Assembly: GCA_963676835.2 (NCBI GenBank)
Contig: CAXXFF010000002.1
Coordinates: 1,664,001-1,728,000 of the forward strand
DNA: 64,000 nucleotides
Direction of reading: 5' to 3'
Source of the DNA: Marispirochaeta sp.
GTDB lineage: Bacteria > Spirochaetota > Spirochaetia > JC444 > Marispirochaetaceae
Of the stretch, positions 30,107 to 39,376 are shown one piece after another. The translations under genes and the position numbers were made by a program. A model generated the notes under the pieces. It did no database searches. It saw only the letters and a list, made by a program, of their open reading frames with translations, and was not told where the DNA came from. The stretch's first letter is position 1. Each line of letters begins with the position of its first letter.

Positions 30107-30406
30107 GTGAGTAACAAGCTCACGAAAGCCGAAATTATCGATAACATTTTCGAGAGAACCGGCGTAAACCGTAAAGATGTCCATCGTATCCTCGATGAAT
30201 TTTTTGACGAGCTTAAGGAAGGCTTGCAGACTGACCGTGTTGTCGAGCTGCGCGGCTTCGGGACTTTTGAGATCCGAACCAGAAAAGGCCGGGAGAAAGC
30301 CAGGAATCCGAAGACCGGCGAAATAGTGCCGGTCAACGCTCATGGGGTTGCGGTATTCCGCCCCGGTAAAGAGCTTAAACAGCTGGCCTGGCCCCTCAGA
30401 TCCTGA
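30107..30406 (+). CDS. HU/IHF-family DNA-binding protein (Hbb-like)
   Basis: VELRGFGTF, ARNPKTGE and FRPGKELK motifs. Confidence 0.95.
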   Translation: MSNKLTKAEIIDNIFERTGVNRKDVHRILDEFFDELKEGLQTDRVVELRGFGTFEIRTRKGREKARNPKTGEIVPVNAHGVAVFRPGKELKQLAWPLRS

Positions 30407-30438
30407 TAACACCTTAATAACATGTTCTGTTCTCAAGG

Positions 30439-32061
30439 ATGAAAACCGTGATCAACCCGCAGAAGCTGATGGGTAATCTGGTGCAGTTTCTTATAAACAT
30501 TGCCCTGTTGACCCTTTCGTCCCTGATTTTCGCGCTCTCATTCCCCAGTTTTCTCTCATACCGGGGATGGGGAGTTCTCGCATTTTTTTCCATAATCCCG
30601 GCTTTTATAGTGGTTCACCGTTCCGGATGGTTTGGTTCATTTATTCTGGGATGGCTGTACGGGCTTATTTGCTATGCCATTTTTAACTACTGGTTGGCGA
30701 TATTTCATCCGCTGGCCATTTTTATTGTGCCCCTTATCTATTCCGCCTATTTTCTTGTTCTTTTTCCCTTGCTGAAGGCGGCAGACCGTCTGTTTCCCCG
30801 TTATGGTTATCTTGTTCAGGTTCTGCTCTGGATGGGCTATGAACTTTTACGCACCAAGGGATTTCTGGGGTATCCTTACGGAAATCTCGGGTATTCTCAG
30901 TATGAGTTTCTTCCCCTCATTCAAATAGCTTCCATTACCGGTATGTGGGGTGTTTCGGTACTGGTTTTGTTTCCCTCCGCCTTTCTGGGCAATGCCCTTA
31001 AGAAGCTGAAAAAGGACGATTTTTTGCAGTTTATAGGGGTGCATAAGCTTGAAGCTTTAGTTTATGCGGGCCTCATGCTTCTGGTCATAGGTGGCGGAGC
31101 TATTTCAATGCAGGATTATTCCTCTGAAAAGCAGTGGAAAGTAGCCCTCATACAGCAGAACGAAGATCCCTGGCGCAGTAATGTGGATGCTTACCGGGAT
31201 GCCCTTGATACTTTGATCGATCTCAGTGATAAAGCACTGAAAGAGGATCCGGAAATTGTTATCTGGTCTGAAACAGCATTTGTGCCGCGGATCGACTGGC
31301 ATAACCGCTACCGCACAAGCAGGCCTCATTATGAGCTGGTGCGTGATCTCCTTGATTATCTTGCAGTACAGGATGTGCCCTTTCTGGTTGGAAATGATCA
31401 TGCCGAAAACGGAGCGGCTCCAGGAAAGCCTCTTGAGCCCGTTGATTACAACGCGGCCATCCTTTTTGACCGGGGCGAGGTTCTGGATATTTACAAGAAG
31501 ACTCACCTTGTTCCCTTTACCGAACATTTTCCCTATGAAAAAACTCTGTCTGCCATGCACCGTATGCTTGTTGAGGCGGATACCCATTTCTGGGAAAAGG
31601 GAACCGAATATACGGTATTCAACTCCCGGGGAGTTAAATTTTCTACCCCCATCTGCTTTGAAGATGTTTTCGGCTATCTGAGCCGTGAATTTGTTCTGGC
31701 CGGAGCCGAGGTTATTGTCAATATTACCAATGACTCATGGTCCGGTTCGGTGGCTTCGGAGATGCAGCATGCCGGCATGGCTGTCTTCCGGGCGGTGGAG
31801 AACCGCCGCAGTATGGTGCGGAGCACTAACGGGGGCATTACCTGTATAATCGACCCCGATGGACGGATGGTGCAGGAACTTACTCCCTTTACATCAGATT
31901 ACCTTGTAGGTAATGTCCCGGTTTATACCGGTTCAAAAAGCATATATTCCCGTTTCGGCGACTGGTTTGCATGGCTGATGCTTCTCGGTGGCATTGCCGC
32001 CCTGGTTGCAGGCGTTATTCGGGCCTTTATGCAGAGATCTCGCGACACCCGGGAACAGTGA
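30439..32061 (+). CDS. lnt: Apolipoprotein N-acyltransferase
   Basis: Multiple TMs; WSE, KTHLVPFTE, PICFE, NITNDSW and RAVENRR motifs. Confidence 0.95.
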   Translation: MKTVINPQKLMGNLVQFLINIALLTLSSLIFALSFPSFLSYRGWGVLAFFSIIPAFIVVHRSGWFGSFILGWLYGLICYAIFNYWLAIFHPLAIFIVPLIYSAYFLVLFPLLKAADRLFPRYGYLVQVLLWMGYELLRTKGFLGYPYGNLGYSQYEFLPLIQIASITGMWGVSVLVLFPSAFLGNALKKLKKDDFLQFIGVHKLEALVYAGLMLLVIGGGAISMQDYSSEKQWKVALIQQNEDPWRSNVDAYRDALDTLIDLSDKALKEDPEIVIWSETAFVPRIDWHNRYRTSRPHYELVRDLLDYLAVQDVPFLVGNDHAENGAAPGKPLEPVDYNAAILFDRGEVLDIYKKTHLVPFTEHFPYEKTLSAMHRMLVEADTHFWEKGTEYTVFNSRGVKFSTPICFEDVFGYLSREFVLAGAEVIVNITNDSWSGSVASEMQHAGMAVFRAVENRRSMVRSTNGGITCIIDPDGRMVQELTPFTSDYLVGNVPVYTGSKSIYSRFGDWFAWLMLLGGIAALVAGVIRAFMQRSRDTREQ

Positions 32062-32114
32062 AATCAAGTCGACATTGACAAGTAAAGCCACATGTAGGAA
32101 TATATATATCAGGA

Positions 32115-32870
32115 ATGAGTATGGAAACGAAGACGAAAATTCTTATAGTAGATGACGAGCCTATCAACCGCGATTTCTTCGACGTAATGTTGAGCAAACT
32201 GGGGTTTGAAGTAAATAAAGCCGAAGACGGTGAAGATGCCCTTGAGAAGATCCCCGTTGAACGGCCTGATCTTATTATTCTCGATAATATAATGCCCAAG
32301 ATGTCGGGATGGAAGCTGACACGGATTCTGAAAAAGAGCGAAGAGTATGCCGAGTTCCGGGATATTCCCATTATAATGTTTTCCGCCATGGATGATGTGA
32401 AGGATAAGATTGAGGGATTTGAACTTGGTGTAGAAGATTATATTACCAAGCCTTTCAATTTTTCTGAAGTTCTTGCACGGATTCGTGCAGTACTCCGGGG
32501 GCGGGAACTGTCTCGTCAGGTTGTGCTGAAACAGCGCAAGATTGCCTCCATAGAATCCCTTAACCAGTCTCTTATCTATTTTACCGAGCATCTGAAAGCG
32601 CCTGTAGAGGCCCTTACGCAGCGGGTTGAAGAGCTTGATGTTGCAAAAACAGATGATGTTGCTGCCTTTGTCGAGGCTGTACGCAGCGAAACAAAGCAGG
32701 TCCTGGTAACCCTCCGCGGCCTTGAAGATGAAATTCAGGATCTCAAGTCGAAGACTGATGTTGAGGAAGAGGGCAAACTGGGTGATATTATGGCTGACCT
32801 GGAAGACAAGTTTCAGAAACATTTTGCCAGCTGGAAGGAGAATCAGGAGATTTCCGGAGTATCCCAGTGA
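32115..32870 (+). CDS. Response regulator (REC domain plus helical tail)
   Basis: ILIVDDE, LDNIMP and YITKPF motifs; no recognisable DNA-binding domain. Confidence 0.88.
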   Translation: MSMETKTKILIVDDEPINRDFFDVMLSKLGFEVNKAEDGEDALEKIPVERPDLIILDNIMPKMSGWKLTRILKKSEEYAEFRDIPIIMFSAMDDVKDKIEGFELGVEDYITKPFNFSEVLARIRAVLRGRELSRQVVLKQRKIASIESLNQSLIYFTEHLKAPVEALTQRVEELDVAKTDDVAAFVEAVRSETKQVLVTLRGLEDEIQDLKSKTDVEEEGKLGDIMADLEDKFQKHFASWKENQEISGVSQ

Positions 32871-33088
32871 TCAGTGAAGAAAAACAAAAAGTTCTTGATC
32901 TCTTTGCAGAAGGACGGCGACATTACAAATTAATGAATTTTGATGATGCCCGGAACTGTTTTGCAAAAGCCCTGGAAATCCTGCCCGATGACGGACCTTC
33001 CAAGGTGTATTACCTGCGCTGTAAACACTACATTGAGAATCCGCCTCCCGAAGATTGGGATGGCGTGTTTGTAATGAAAACAAAATAA
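32867..33088 (+). CDS. Small TPR-like protein resembling the C-terminal tail of class III adenylate cyclases
   Basis: Single TPR, then DGPSKVY...PPPEDWDGVFVMKTK; GTG start overlapping the regulator's stop. Confidence 0.7.
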   Translation: MISEEKQKVLDLFAEGRRHYKLMNFDDARNCFAKALEILPDDGPSKVYYLRCKHYIENPPPEDWDGVFVMKTK

Positions 33089-33104
33089 ACGGAATACTTT
33101 TTAC

Positions 33105-33521
33105 ATGGCAATTCTTGACCCCAACAATCTTGACAGACCAACCACCACCCTTGGACAGACCACCCGCTTTACCGGGGATCTCAAGTTCTCAACTTCACTT
33201 CGCATAGAAGGTAAATATTCGGGGAAAATCGAATCTCCCGGAACCCTGCATATTGCTGCAGGTGCCAGAGTCGAAGCGGATATCGTTGTGCGGTCCGTTG
33301 TCGTTGCGGGGACGGTTGTCGGTAATATACTGGCCCATGAAAGGCTTGAGATAGAGTCCACCGGACAGGTGGTTGGAAATATCAAAACCTCGAGTCTGAA
33401 GGTTGCAGAAGGCGTTTCTTTCAAAGGACGCTGTGATATGCTCCCCGAAGGAGAGAGTGTTGATATCTTTTCTGCAAAACCGGATAAGCTGAAGAAGATA
33501 CTTACCCATACCAATGGCTGA
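33105..33521 (+). CDS. Bactofilin (second copy)
   Basis: FTGDLKF..SLRIEG, V.G.V.GNI.A and VAEGVSFKGRC motifs. Confidence 0.9.
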   Translation: MAILDPNNLDRPTTTLGQTTRFTGDLKFSTSLRIEGKYSGKIESPGTLHIAAGARVEADIVVRSVVVAGTVVGNILAHERLEIESTGQVVGNIKTSSLKVAEGVSFKGRCDMLPEGESVDIFSAKPDKLKKILTHTNG

Positions 33522-34242
33522 TCAGAAAACCACAGCTCTATCTTCTTTTGTTGTATGCGGTCTTACTCCTGAAGGGGTCAAGGCGCGTGCGGCAGATCTG
33601 GCGATTAATCTGTCGGCAGATATGAATGTTGAGCCATGGGAGTACGGCAGCATATTAAGTTTATCTTCGCAGGACGATGCTGAGCTGGAGAAAGCAGTAA
33701 TAAGCGCTTTTTCTCCGTTTATCTATGAATTTACTTCTGAACCCGGTTCTATCCTGGTTAAGGCAGCGGTTGCTGCTTCAATAACAGTGGTTATGGCGGA
33801 ATCCTGCACCGGCGGTATGGCCGGCGAACTGGTAACTGCTGTTTCCGGCAGTTCCGATATCTTCTGGGGCTCCATGGTGACCTATGCCAACAGCGCCAAA
33901 GAACGTATTCTCGGGGTTGATACCCTGAAAGATTATGGTGCAGTTTCAGAAGAGACTGTACGCAGTATGACTGCAGGTGCATTACGGGTTTCAGGTGCTG
34001 ATGCGGCACTTGCTGTTTCCGGCATCGCCGGGCCTGGAGGCGGTACCCCTGCCAAGCCTGTCGGCACGGTCTGGTTCTCTTTTGAAGCAAAGGGGCAGAG
34101 CACTACTCTCTGCTGCCGTTTTTCCGGAGACCGGGAGAATGTGCGCAAAAAAGCTGCTGCAACTGCTCTTGCGGGTTGTGCAAATCAAATAGGCAGCCCT
34201 TTACTTGACACCTCATGGATAGGTAGGTATACTTTTTATTAA
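33514..34242 (+). CDS. CinA C-terminal/PncC family (NMN deamidase)
   Basis: AESCTGG, YANSAK, GAVSEE and SGIAGPGGG..KPVGTV motifs. Confidence 0.88.
   Translation: MADQKTTALSSFVVCGLTPEGVKARAADLAINLSADMNVEPWEYGSILSLSSQDDAELEKAVISAFSPFIYEFTSEPGSILVKAAVAASITVVMAESCTGGMAGELVTAVSGSSDIFWGSMVTYANSAKERILGVDTLKDYGAVSEETVRSMTAGALRVSGADAALAVSGIAGPGGGTPAKPVGTVWFSFEAKGQSTTLCCRFSGDRENVRKKAAATALAGCANQIGSPLLDTSWIGRYTFY
34205..34233 (+). promoter_or_regulatory. Strong sigma70 promoter of rho
   Basis: TTGACA-N17-TATACT. Confidence 0.75.
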
Positions 34243-34423
34243 CGCATCACGCATTTATTGTCTGCGTTCTTTTCCTGAACCAGACCTCCTAATATTAAAC
34301 GGAAATCCAAATCATGATTGCCTTCCAAGGTAGAAGTGTTGTTTATCCCATACGTTATGGATTACATACAAACTCCTGTGCTGAACGCACACTCCCGGGA
34401 GCAATGAACATGAGGAGACAATA

Positions 34424-36088
34424 GTGGAAACCTCCGAAATGGCCCAGAATGAACTGAGTCTTGAGGACAATGAAACAGCAAATACTGCGGCAGAAAATCC
34501 AGCAGGCATCCAGGATGATGCCCCGAAAAAGCGCAAAATCCGGCGAAAAGCTGTAGAAGCCGGTGATCCTGGAGAATCCGACAACGGTTCATCAGATGTA
34601 ACCGCTGTCCCCAGGAAGCGGCCGAAAAAGAAGAAAATACGGGTTGAACTTATTAAGGATTCATCCATGGAGGATGAAATCCCTTCTGAAACAGCTTCCG
34701 CGCCGGAAACCGGCAGTTCTGCCTCAGAGTCGGCAGCAGCGGAAAACTTCTACCCCGAACAGGCCTCATCTGCGCCTTCAAACCGGAATAACGGAAACTC
34801 CGGCAAAGAGCGGGATAAGCTGAGTATCAACGAACTTACCAGAATGAATATGGGAGATCTCAGAGCCTTTGCCATTGATAAAGGCGTTTCTCCCGATAAT
34901 CTGGGATCCATGAAGAAGCAGGAAGTTATTTTTGCTATCCTCAAGGCGCATACTTCAGTGGGCGGTGCCATTACGGCATATGGCTCACTGGAAATTCTCC
35001 CCGACGGATACGGATTTCTCCGTTCTCCCCAGAACAGTTATCTTCCCGGGCAGGATGATATTTACATTTCGCCCTCCCAGATCCGTCTGTTCAACCTGAG
35101 AACCGGTGATACTGTCTCCGGACATATTCGTCCTCCCAAAGAGGGTGAGCGCTTCTTTGCAATGCTCAGGGTTGATTCCGTCAACTTCCGTGATCCTTCC
35201 GAGGCACAGACGAGAATCCCCTTTGATAACCTTACTCCCCTGTATCCGGATGAACGGATTAACATGGAGGGTGAAAAGGGTGAAATATCCACCAGGATGA
35301 TAAACCTTTTCTGTCCTATCGGAAAGGGCCAGCGGGGACTGATTGTTTCTCCGCCGAGAACAGGTAAAACCATCCTGCTTCAGCGGGTAGCCAATGCTAT
35401 TACCACCAATCATCCCGAGGTTTACCTCATTGTTCTTCTGATCGATGAACGTCCTGAAGAGGTAACGGACATGCGCCGGAATGTTAAAGGTGAGGTTATA
35501 GCTTCCACCTTTGACGAGCAGGCAACACGGCACGTTCAGGTAGCCGAAATGGTGCTTGAGAAGGCAAAGAGACTGGTTGAGCATGGCAACGATGTGGTTA
35601 TTCTGCTTGATTCAATCACCAGACTTGCCCGGGCATATAACCAGACTGTGCCTACCTCCGGTAAGATTCTCTCCGGTGGTGTTGACTCCAATGCCCTGCA
35701 CAAGCCGAAACGCTTCTTCGGCGCCGCCCGTAATATTGAGAACGGAGGCAGCCTGACCATTGTTGCTACTGCTCTTATCGAGACCGGCAGCCGTATGGAC
35801 GAGGTTATTTTTGAGGAGTTCAAAGGTACGGGTAACATGGAGATCAATCTTGACCGCCGTATGTCCGACCGTCGGCTTTTCCCTGCCATCAATATCAAGA
35901 AGTCCGGAACCCGGAAGGAAGAGCTTCTGCTCACCGAGACGGAACTTCAGAAAATGTGGGTTCTGCGCAAGGTTATCAACCCCATGGATGATACGGAGAT
36001 CACCGAACTGATGATTGACAGAATGCGTAAAACCAAGAATAATGAGGCCTTCCTCCGGTCAATGAATACCTCAAGTGTTACCGATTAG
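34424..36088 (+). CDS. rho: Transcription termination factor Rho with N-terminal extension
   Basis: [24 protein letters not shown] and EEFKGTGN motifs; GTG start after GAGGAG. Confidence 0.98.
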   Translation: METSEMAQNELSLEDNETANTAAENPAGIQDDAPKKRKIRRKAVEAGDPGESDNGSSDVTAVPRKRPKKKKIRVELIKDSSMEDEIPSETASAPETGSSASESAAAENFYPEQASSAPSNRNNGNSGKERDKLSINELTRMNMGDLRAFAIDKGVSPDNLGSMKKQEVIFAILKAHTSVGGAITAYGSLEILPDGYGFLRSPQNSYLPGQDDIYISPSQIRLFNLRTGDTVSGHIRPPKEGERFFAMLRVDSVNFRDPSEAQTRIPFDNLTPLYPDERINMEGEKGEISTRMINLFCPIGKGQRGLIVSPPRTGKTILLQRVANAITTNHPEVYLIVLLIDERPEEVTDMRRNVKGEVIASTFDEQATRHVQVAEMVLEKAKRLVEHGNDVVILLDSITRLARAYNQTVPTSGKILSGGVDSNALHKPKRFFGAARNIENGGSLTIVATALIETGSRMDEVIFEEFKGTGNMEINLDRRMSDRRLFPAINIKKSGTRKEELLLTETELQKMWVLRKVINPMDDTEITELMIDRMRKTKNNEAFLRSMNTSSVTD

Positions 36089-36186
36089 TCCGGGACAGGA
36101 AGCCTGAATTAGAAATTTTTAGCCCTGTGACGTATTCCCCCTTTTTAGGGTGAGGGTAATCACCGGGTAGCTATAGGAGAAATACA

Positions 36187-36393
36187 ATGAAGAGCGATAT
36201 TCATCCGAATTATGAATTCACTACCATCAAGTGCGCTTGCGGAAACGAGATTAAAACCCGTTCCACCGCAAAGGATCTTGAGGTGGAAATCTGCTCCGCC
36301 TGCCACCCCTTCTTCACCGGTAAGCAGAAGCTTGTAGACACCGCAGGACGGGTCGAACGCTTCAAGAAGAAGTACGGTATCAAAGACGAGTAG
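36187..36393 (+). CDS. rpmE: 50S ribosomal protein L31 (Zn-binding type)
   Basis: IHPNY, CACG and [10 protein letters not shown] motifs. Confidence 0.97.
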   Translation: MKSDIHPNYEFTTIKCACGNEIKTRSTAKDLEVEICSACHPFFTGKQKLVDTAGRVERFKKKYGIKDE

Positions 36394-36403
36394 AATCATT
36401 CGG

Positions 36404-36431
36404 GAGCGGCCTCAAGGGGCCGCTCTTTTTT
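36404..36431 (+). terminator. Intrinsic terminator after rpmE
   Basis: GAGCGGCC...GGCCGCTC-TTTTTT. Confidence 0.85.
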
Positions 36432-36565
36432 GCTAAATCCTTACTATTCCCTCACATACGACGCTCTCCAGGGGATTCTTGTTGCATTGGCACAGGTTTT
36501 CCAGTAAGATGGGGTAGTGTATTTTCGTAATACGCAGCCGTATGGTTGTCAGTGAAGGAAGTTGA

Positions 36566-37735
36566 ATGAAAAAGCTGCACGCCCAGCACCAGGAGGAGTA
36601 CGGAAGGGCTCCGGACTTCATTGCCTGTGCTCCCGGGGTGGTTAATCTCATGGGTGAACATACCGATTACAGTGACGGTTTTGTCCTTCAGGCAGCTCTT
36701 CCCATGTATGCCAATGTGGCCGTGTCCCTCCGCGACGATGTTTCCCTGCGCTTTTTTACCGCCGATGCAGGGGAACGAAAAAAGACTTCCGTACCCAATC
36801 TGAAATATAAACGCGAAGACCGCTGGGCAAACTACATAAAAGGTGTCCTTGCGGAGCTTGAGGAGCGGGGAGTTCGGCTACCCGGGCTTGAGTTCTCCAT
36901 TTCTTCAAATATTCCCCAGAATATCGGTCTGGGCAGTTCTGATGCCCTCTGTGCTGCAGCGGCTATAGCTGTCTGCCGGGTGCTGGATGTTAAGCTTGAT
37001 ACCCAGGAACTCATTGATGTTGCCTATGGAGCAGAAGCACGGTTTATCGGGCTGATAAAAGAGCCCACCGATGTTGCCACAAGTCTGCTGGCGGAAAAAG
37101 GAAAAGCTCTCTATTTAGATATGCGCAGCCTGGAGTACCGGCAGATTGATATTAATCTGAAGGATGCAACTCTTGTACTTACCAACTCCCATGTGCCCCA
37201 TATCAGCGCAGATGACTATATCGCCGAGAGACGGGATGAGTGCCGTGAGTGTGTGGAACACCTGCAGTCCAGGCACGCTGGAGATTCCCTGCGGGACTAC
37301 TCCTCTGAAGACCTGAAGAGCGGTATTGGACTGCTTCCTGAATCCCTGCGCAGGTTATGCCTGCATGTGGTTGAAGAAAATGTGCGGGTTCAGGAAGCGG
37401 TAGAGCTGCTTCCCCGGGGTGATCTGGATACTCTCGGCCGCCTGATGGGGCGTTCTCATGAGTCTCTGAGGGATTCTTATGAGGTTTCCTGTCCCGAACT
37501 CGACTGGCTGGTAAAACGGGCCGGAGAGATTGAGGGTGTTTACGGCTCCCGTCTGACCGGTCCAGGTTTCGGCGGCTGTACCCTGAGCTTGATTAAAGGT
37601 GATGCTTTGGGGGATTATACAGAGAAACTCGGGGAGTATGAGCGTATATTCGGTTTTGCCGCCGAGGCTATTCCCTTTGAGGTATGTGACGGAGCCGGAG
37701 TATTAAATCATGAAAATTCTGCTGACAAACGATGA
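36566..37735 (+). CDS. galK: Galactokinase family (GHMP) protein
   Basis: APGVVNLMGEHTDY, GLGSS and RLTGPGFGGC motifs; some substrate-site residues are atypical. Confidence 0.75.
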   Translation: MKKLHAQHQEEYGRAPDFIACAPGVVNLMGEHTDYSDGFVLQAALPMYANVAVSLRDDVSLRFFTADAGERKKTSVPNLKYKREDRWANYIKGVLAELEERGVRLPGLEFSISSNIPQNIGLGSSDALCAAAAIAVCRVLDVKLDTQELIDVAYGAEARFIGLIKEPTDVATSLLAEKGKALYLDMRSLEYRQIDINLKDATLVLTNSHVPHISADDYIAERRDECRECVEHLQSRHAGDSLRDYSSEDLKSGIGLLPESLRRLCLHVVEENVRVQEAVELLPRGDLDTLGRLMGRSHESLRDSYEVSCPELDWLVKRAGEIEGVYGSRLTGPGFGGCTLSLIKGDALGDYTEKLGEYERIFGFAAEAIPFEVCDGAGVLNHENSADKR

Positions 37736-38456
37736 CGGTATTGATAGTCCCGGGCTGATTGCCCTTAAAAAGGCCCTTTCGGGGCATGAAGTCTGTGTAG
37801 TTGCACCGGACGGTGAACGTTCCGGTAATTCCCATCATATAACCCTTAAGCAACCCGTAAAAATGGAAGAGACCGCTGAGCTTTCCTATGCCTGCAGCGG
37901 TACGCCGGCGGATTGTGTTCTCTATTCTGTCCGCGGGGCTATTGATTTTAAGCCCGATGTGGTGGTTTCCGGAATAAACATCGGGCCAAATCTTGGTACC
38001 GATCTTATCTATTCCGGAACAGCCGCAGCTGCCAGACAGGCGGCCTTTATGGGCATTCCCGGTATTGCCATGTCCCAGATGCTTAAAGGCAACGAGATTG
38101 ACTATTCCGCGGCGGCGGCTTTTATTAAAGTGAATATTGAAAAACTTGTTGCTGCCTGTGATAAAGAACACTTTATTAATATAAACTGCCCCTTTCCGGA
38201 AGGAGAGGATATGGAGGTTGTTATTACCAATCCTTCAAGAAGGATTTATCAGGATAATGTTGCCTCCTACACTTCTCCCGACGGGCATACCTATCATTTT
38301 CTCCATGGACCCTGGCCGGGTGCGGAGCCCGAGGAGGGCACCGACTGGGATGCTGTAAGTAAGGGAAATATTTCTGTTTCACCAATTTATCTTTATCCGG
38401 TTGGCGGTCCCGATCTGGATTCTTTCGGCAGAAACCTGAAGGCAGCTGTTAAGTAA
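37710..38456 (+). CDS. surE: 5'/3'-nucleotidase SurE
   Basis: LTNDDG, GTPADC and SGINIGPNLG..YSGT motifs. Confidence 0.95.
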   Translation: MKILLTNDDGIDSPGLIALKKALSGHEVCVVAPDGERSGNSHHITLKQPVKMEETAELSYACSGTPADCVLYSVRGAIDFKPDVVVSGINIGPNLGTDLIYSGTAAAARQAAFMGIPGIAMSQMLKGNEIDYSAAAAFIKVNIEKLVAACDKEHFININCPFPEGEDMEVVITNPSRRIYQDNVASYTSPDGHTYHFLHGPWPGAEPEEGTDWDAVSKGNISVSPIYLYPVGGPDLDSFGRNLKAAVK

Positions 38457-38477
38457 ACAGTTTTATTAAGGAATAGA

Positions 38478-39152
38478 ATGGCGGATTTACAGGAAATTGA
38501 ACGGCTGTACAGGAGTAAACGCTACGATAAAGCCTTGAGGGCGCTCCTTGCCATGGATGCAGATCCGGCGGAGAATGTGGAAGTGAGTTACTATCTGGGC
38601 CTCTGCTATACCCAGCTCAAGCAGTATGATGAAGCACTGCTCTTTCTTGAGCAGGTTGTTACCAATCATGCCAATCTTCTGCAGATTTATCAGAGCCGCA
38701 TGATCCTCAGCCTGATTTATGCTACAACCAGGCGCTACAGGCTGGCCAGATTCGAGCTGGACCAGCTACTGGCCGGCGGATACGAGTCAACCCAGGTGTA
38801 TGCCGTCTACGGCTACGTACTGAATGAACTTGGTGAAACCGACGAAAGTCTCAATATGCTGCAGAAAGCGCTGACCCTTGATCCTGATAATGCCAACGCC
38901 CTCAATTCGCTGGGGTATATTATGGCGGAAAAAGAGCTCGACCCGGCTACTGCAATCAACTACTGCCGGGAGGCGGTAAAGCTGAAACCACGAAGTTACG
39001 CTTATATGGACTCCCTGGGATGGGCCTGTCTTAAAGCAGGAAAGCTTGAGGAAGCACGTATCCTGCTGCGTCAGGCTATGGATCTTTCCGGGGGAAACTC
39101 GGTGATTGCCGGGCACATGCGTACCGTTCTTGATGAAATTGATGCTAATTAA
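38478..39152 (+). CDS. TPR protein
   Basis: ALNSLGY...DSLGW TPR pattern. Confidence 0.85.
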   Translation: MADLQEIERLYRSKRYDKALRALLAMDADPAENVEVSYYLGLCYTQLKQYDEALLFLEQVVTNHANLLQIYQSRMILSLIYATTRRYRLARFELDQLLAGGYESTQVYAVYGYVLNELGETDESLNMLQKALTLDPDNANALNSLGYIMAEKELDPATAINYCREAVKLKPRSYAYMDSLGWACLKAGKLEEARILLRQAMDLSGGNSVIAGHMRTVLDEIDAN

Positions 39153-39173
39153 GCTGCTGCAAACAGCCGATAC
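39146..39173 (+). promoter_or_regulatory. Sigma28-like promoter
   Basis: TAAT-N16-GCCGATAC. Confidence 0.5.
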
Positions 39174-39194
39174 TGTAAGTGGAGGAGGATAACG

Positions 39195-39356
39195 ATGAGT
39201 GTTGATTCAATGCTGACCATTCAGCCCAACCCCGTAACGCCCTCCAGCGAACCGGCTATTATGGATATGCAGGATATGAAGCGTATTCTTATGCTGGGTA
39301 TACGGGGAGAAATATCGCTGCCCGGAGAAGAACATGAGGTAGATGTATACGCCTGA
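39195..39356 (+). CDS. Small 53-aa protein ending in VDVYA (not in ORF track)
   Basis: MSVDSMLTIQPNPVTPSSEPAIMDMQDMKRILMLGIRGEISLPGEEHEVDVYA; strong GGAGGAGG RBS; fills the intergenic gap. Confidence 0.75.
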   Translation: MSVDSMLTIQPNPVTPSSEPAIMDMQDMKRILMLGIRGEISLPGEEHEVDVYA

Positions 39357-39376
39357 GTCGGGGTATACTTTTACAG

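Noticed and set aside
36541..36570. Possible frameshift at the galK start (GTG AAG GAA GTT GAA TGA)
   Set aside because: The ATG at 36566 has an AAGGA-like RBS and gives a normal-length N-terminus.
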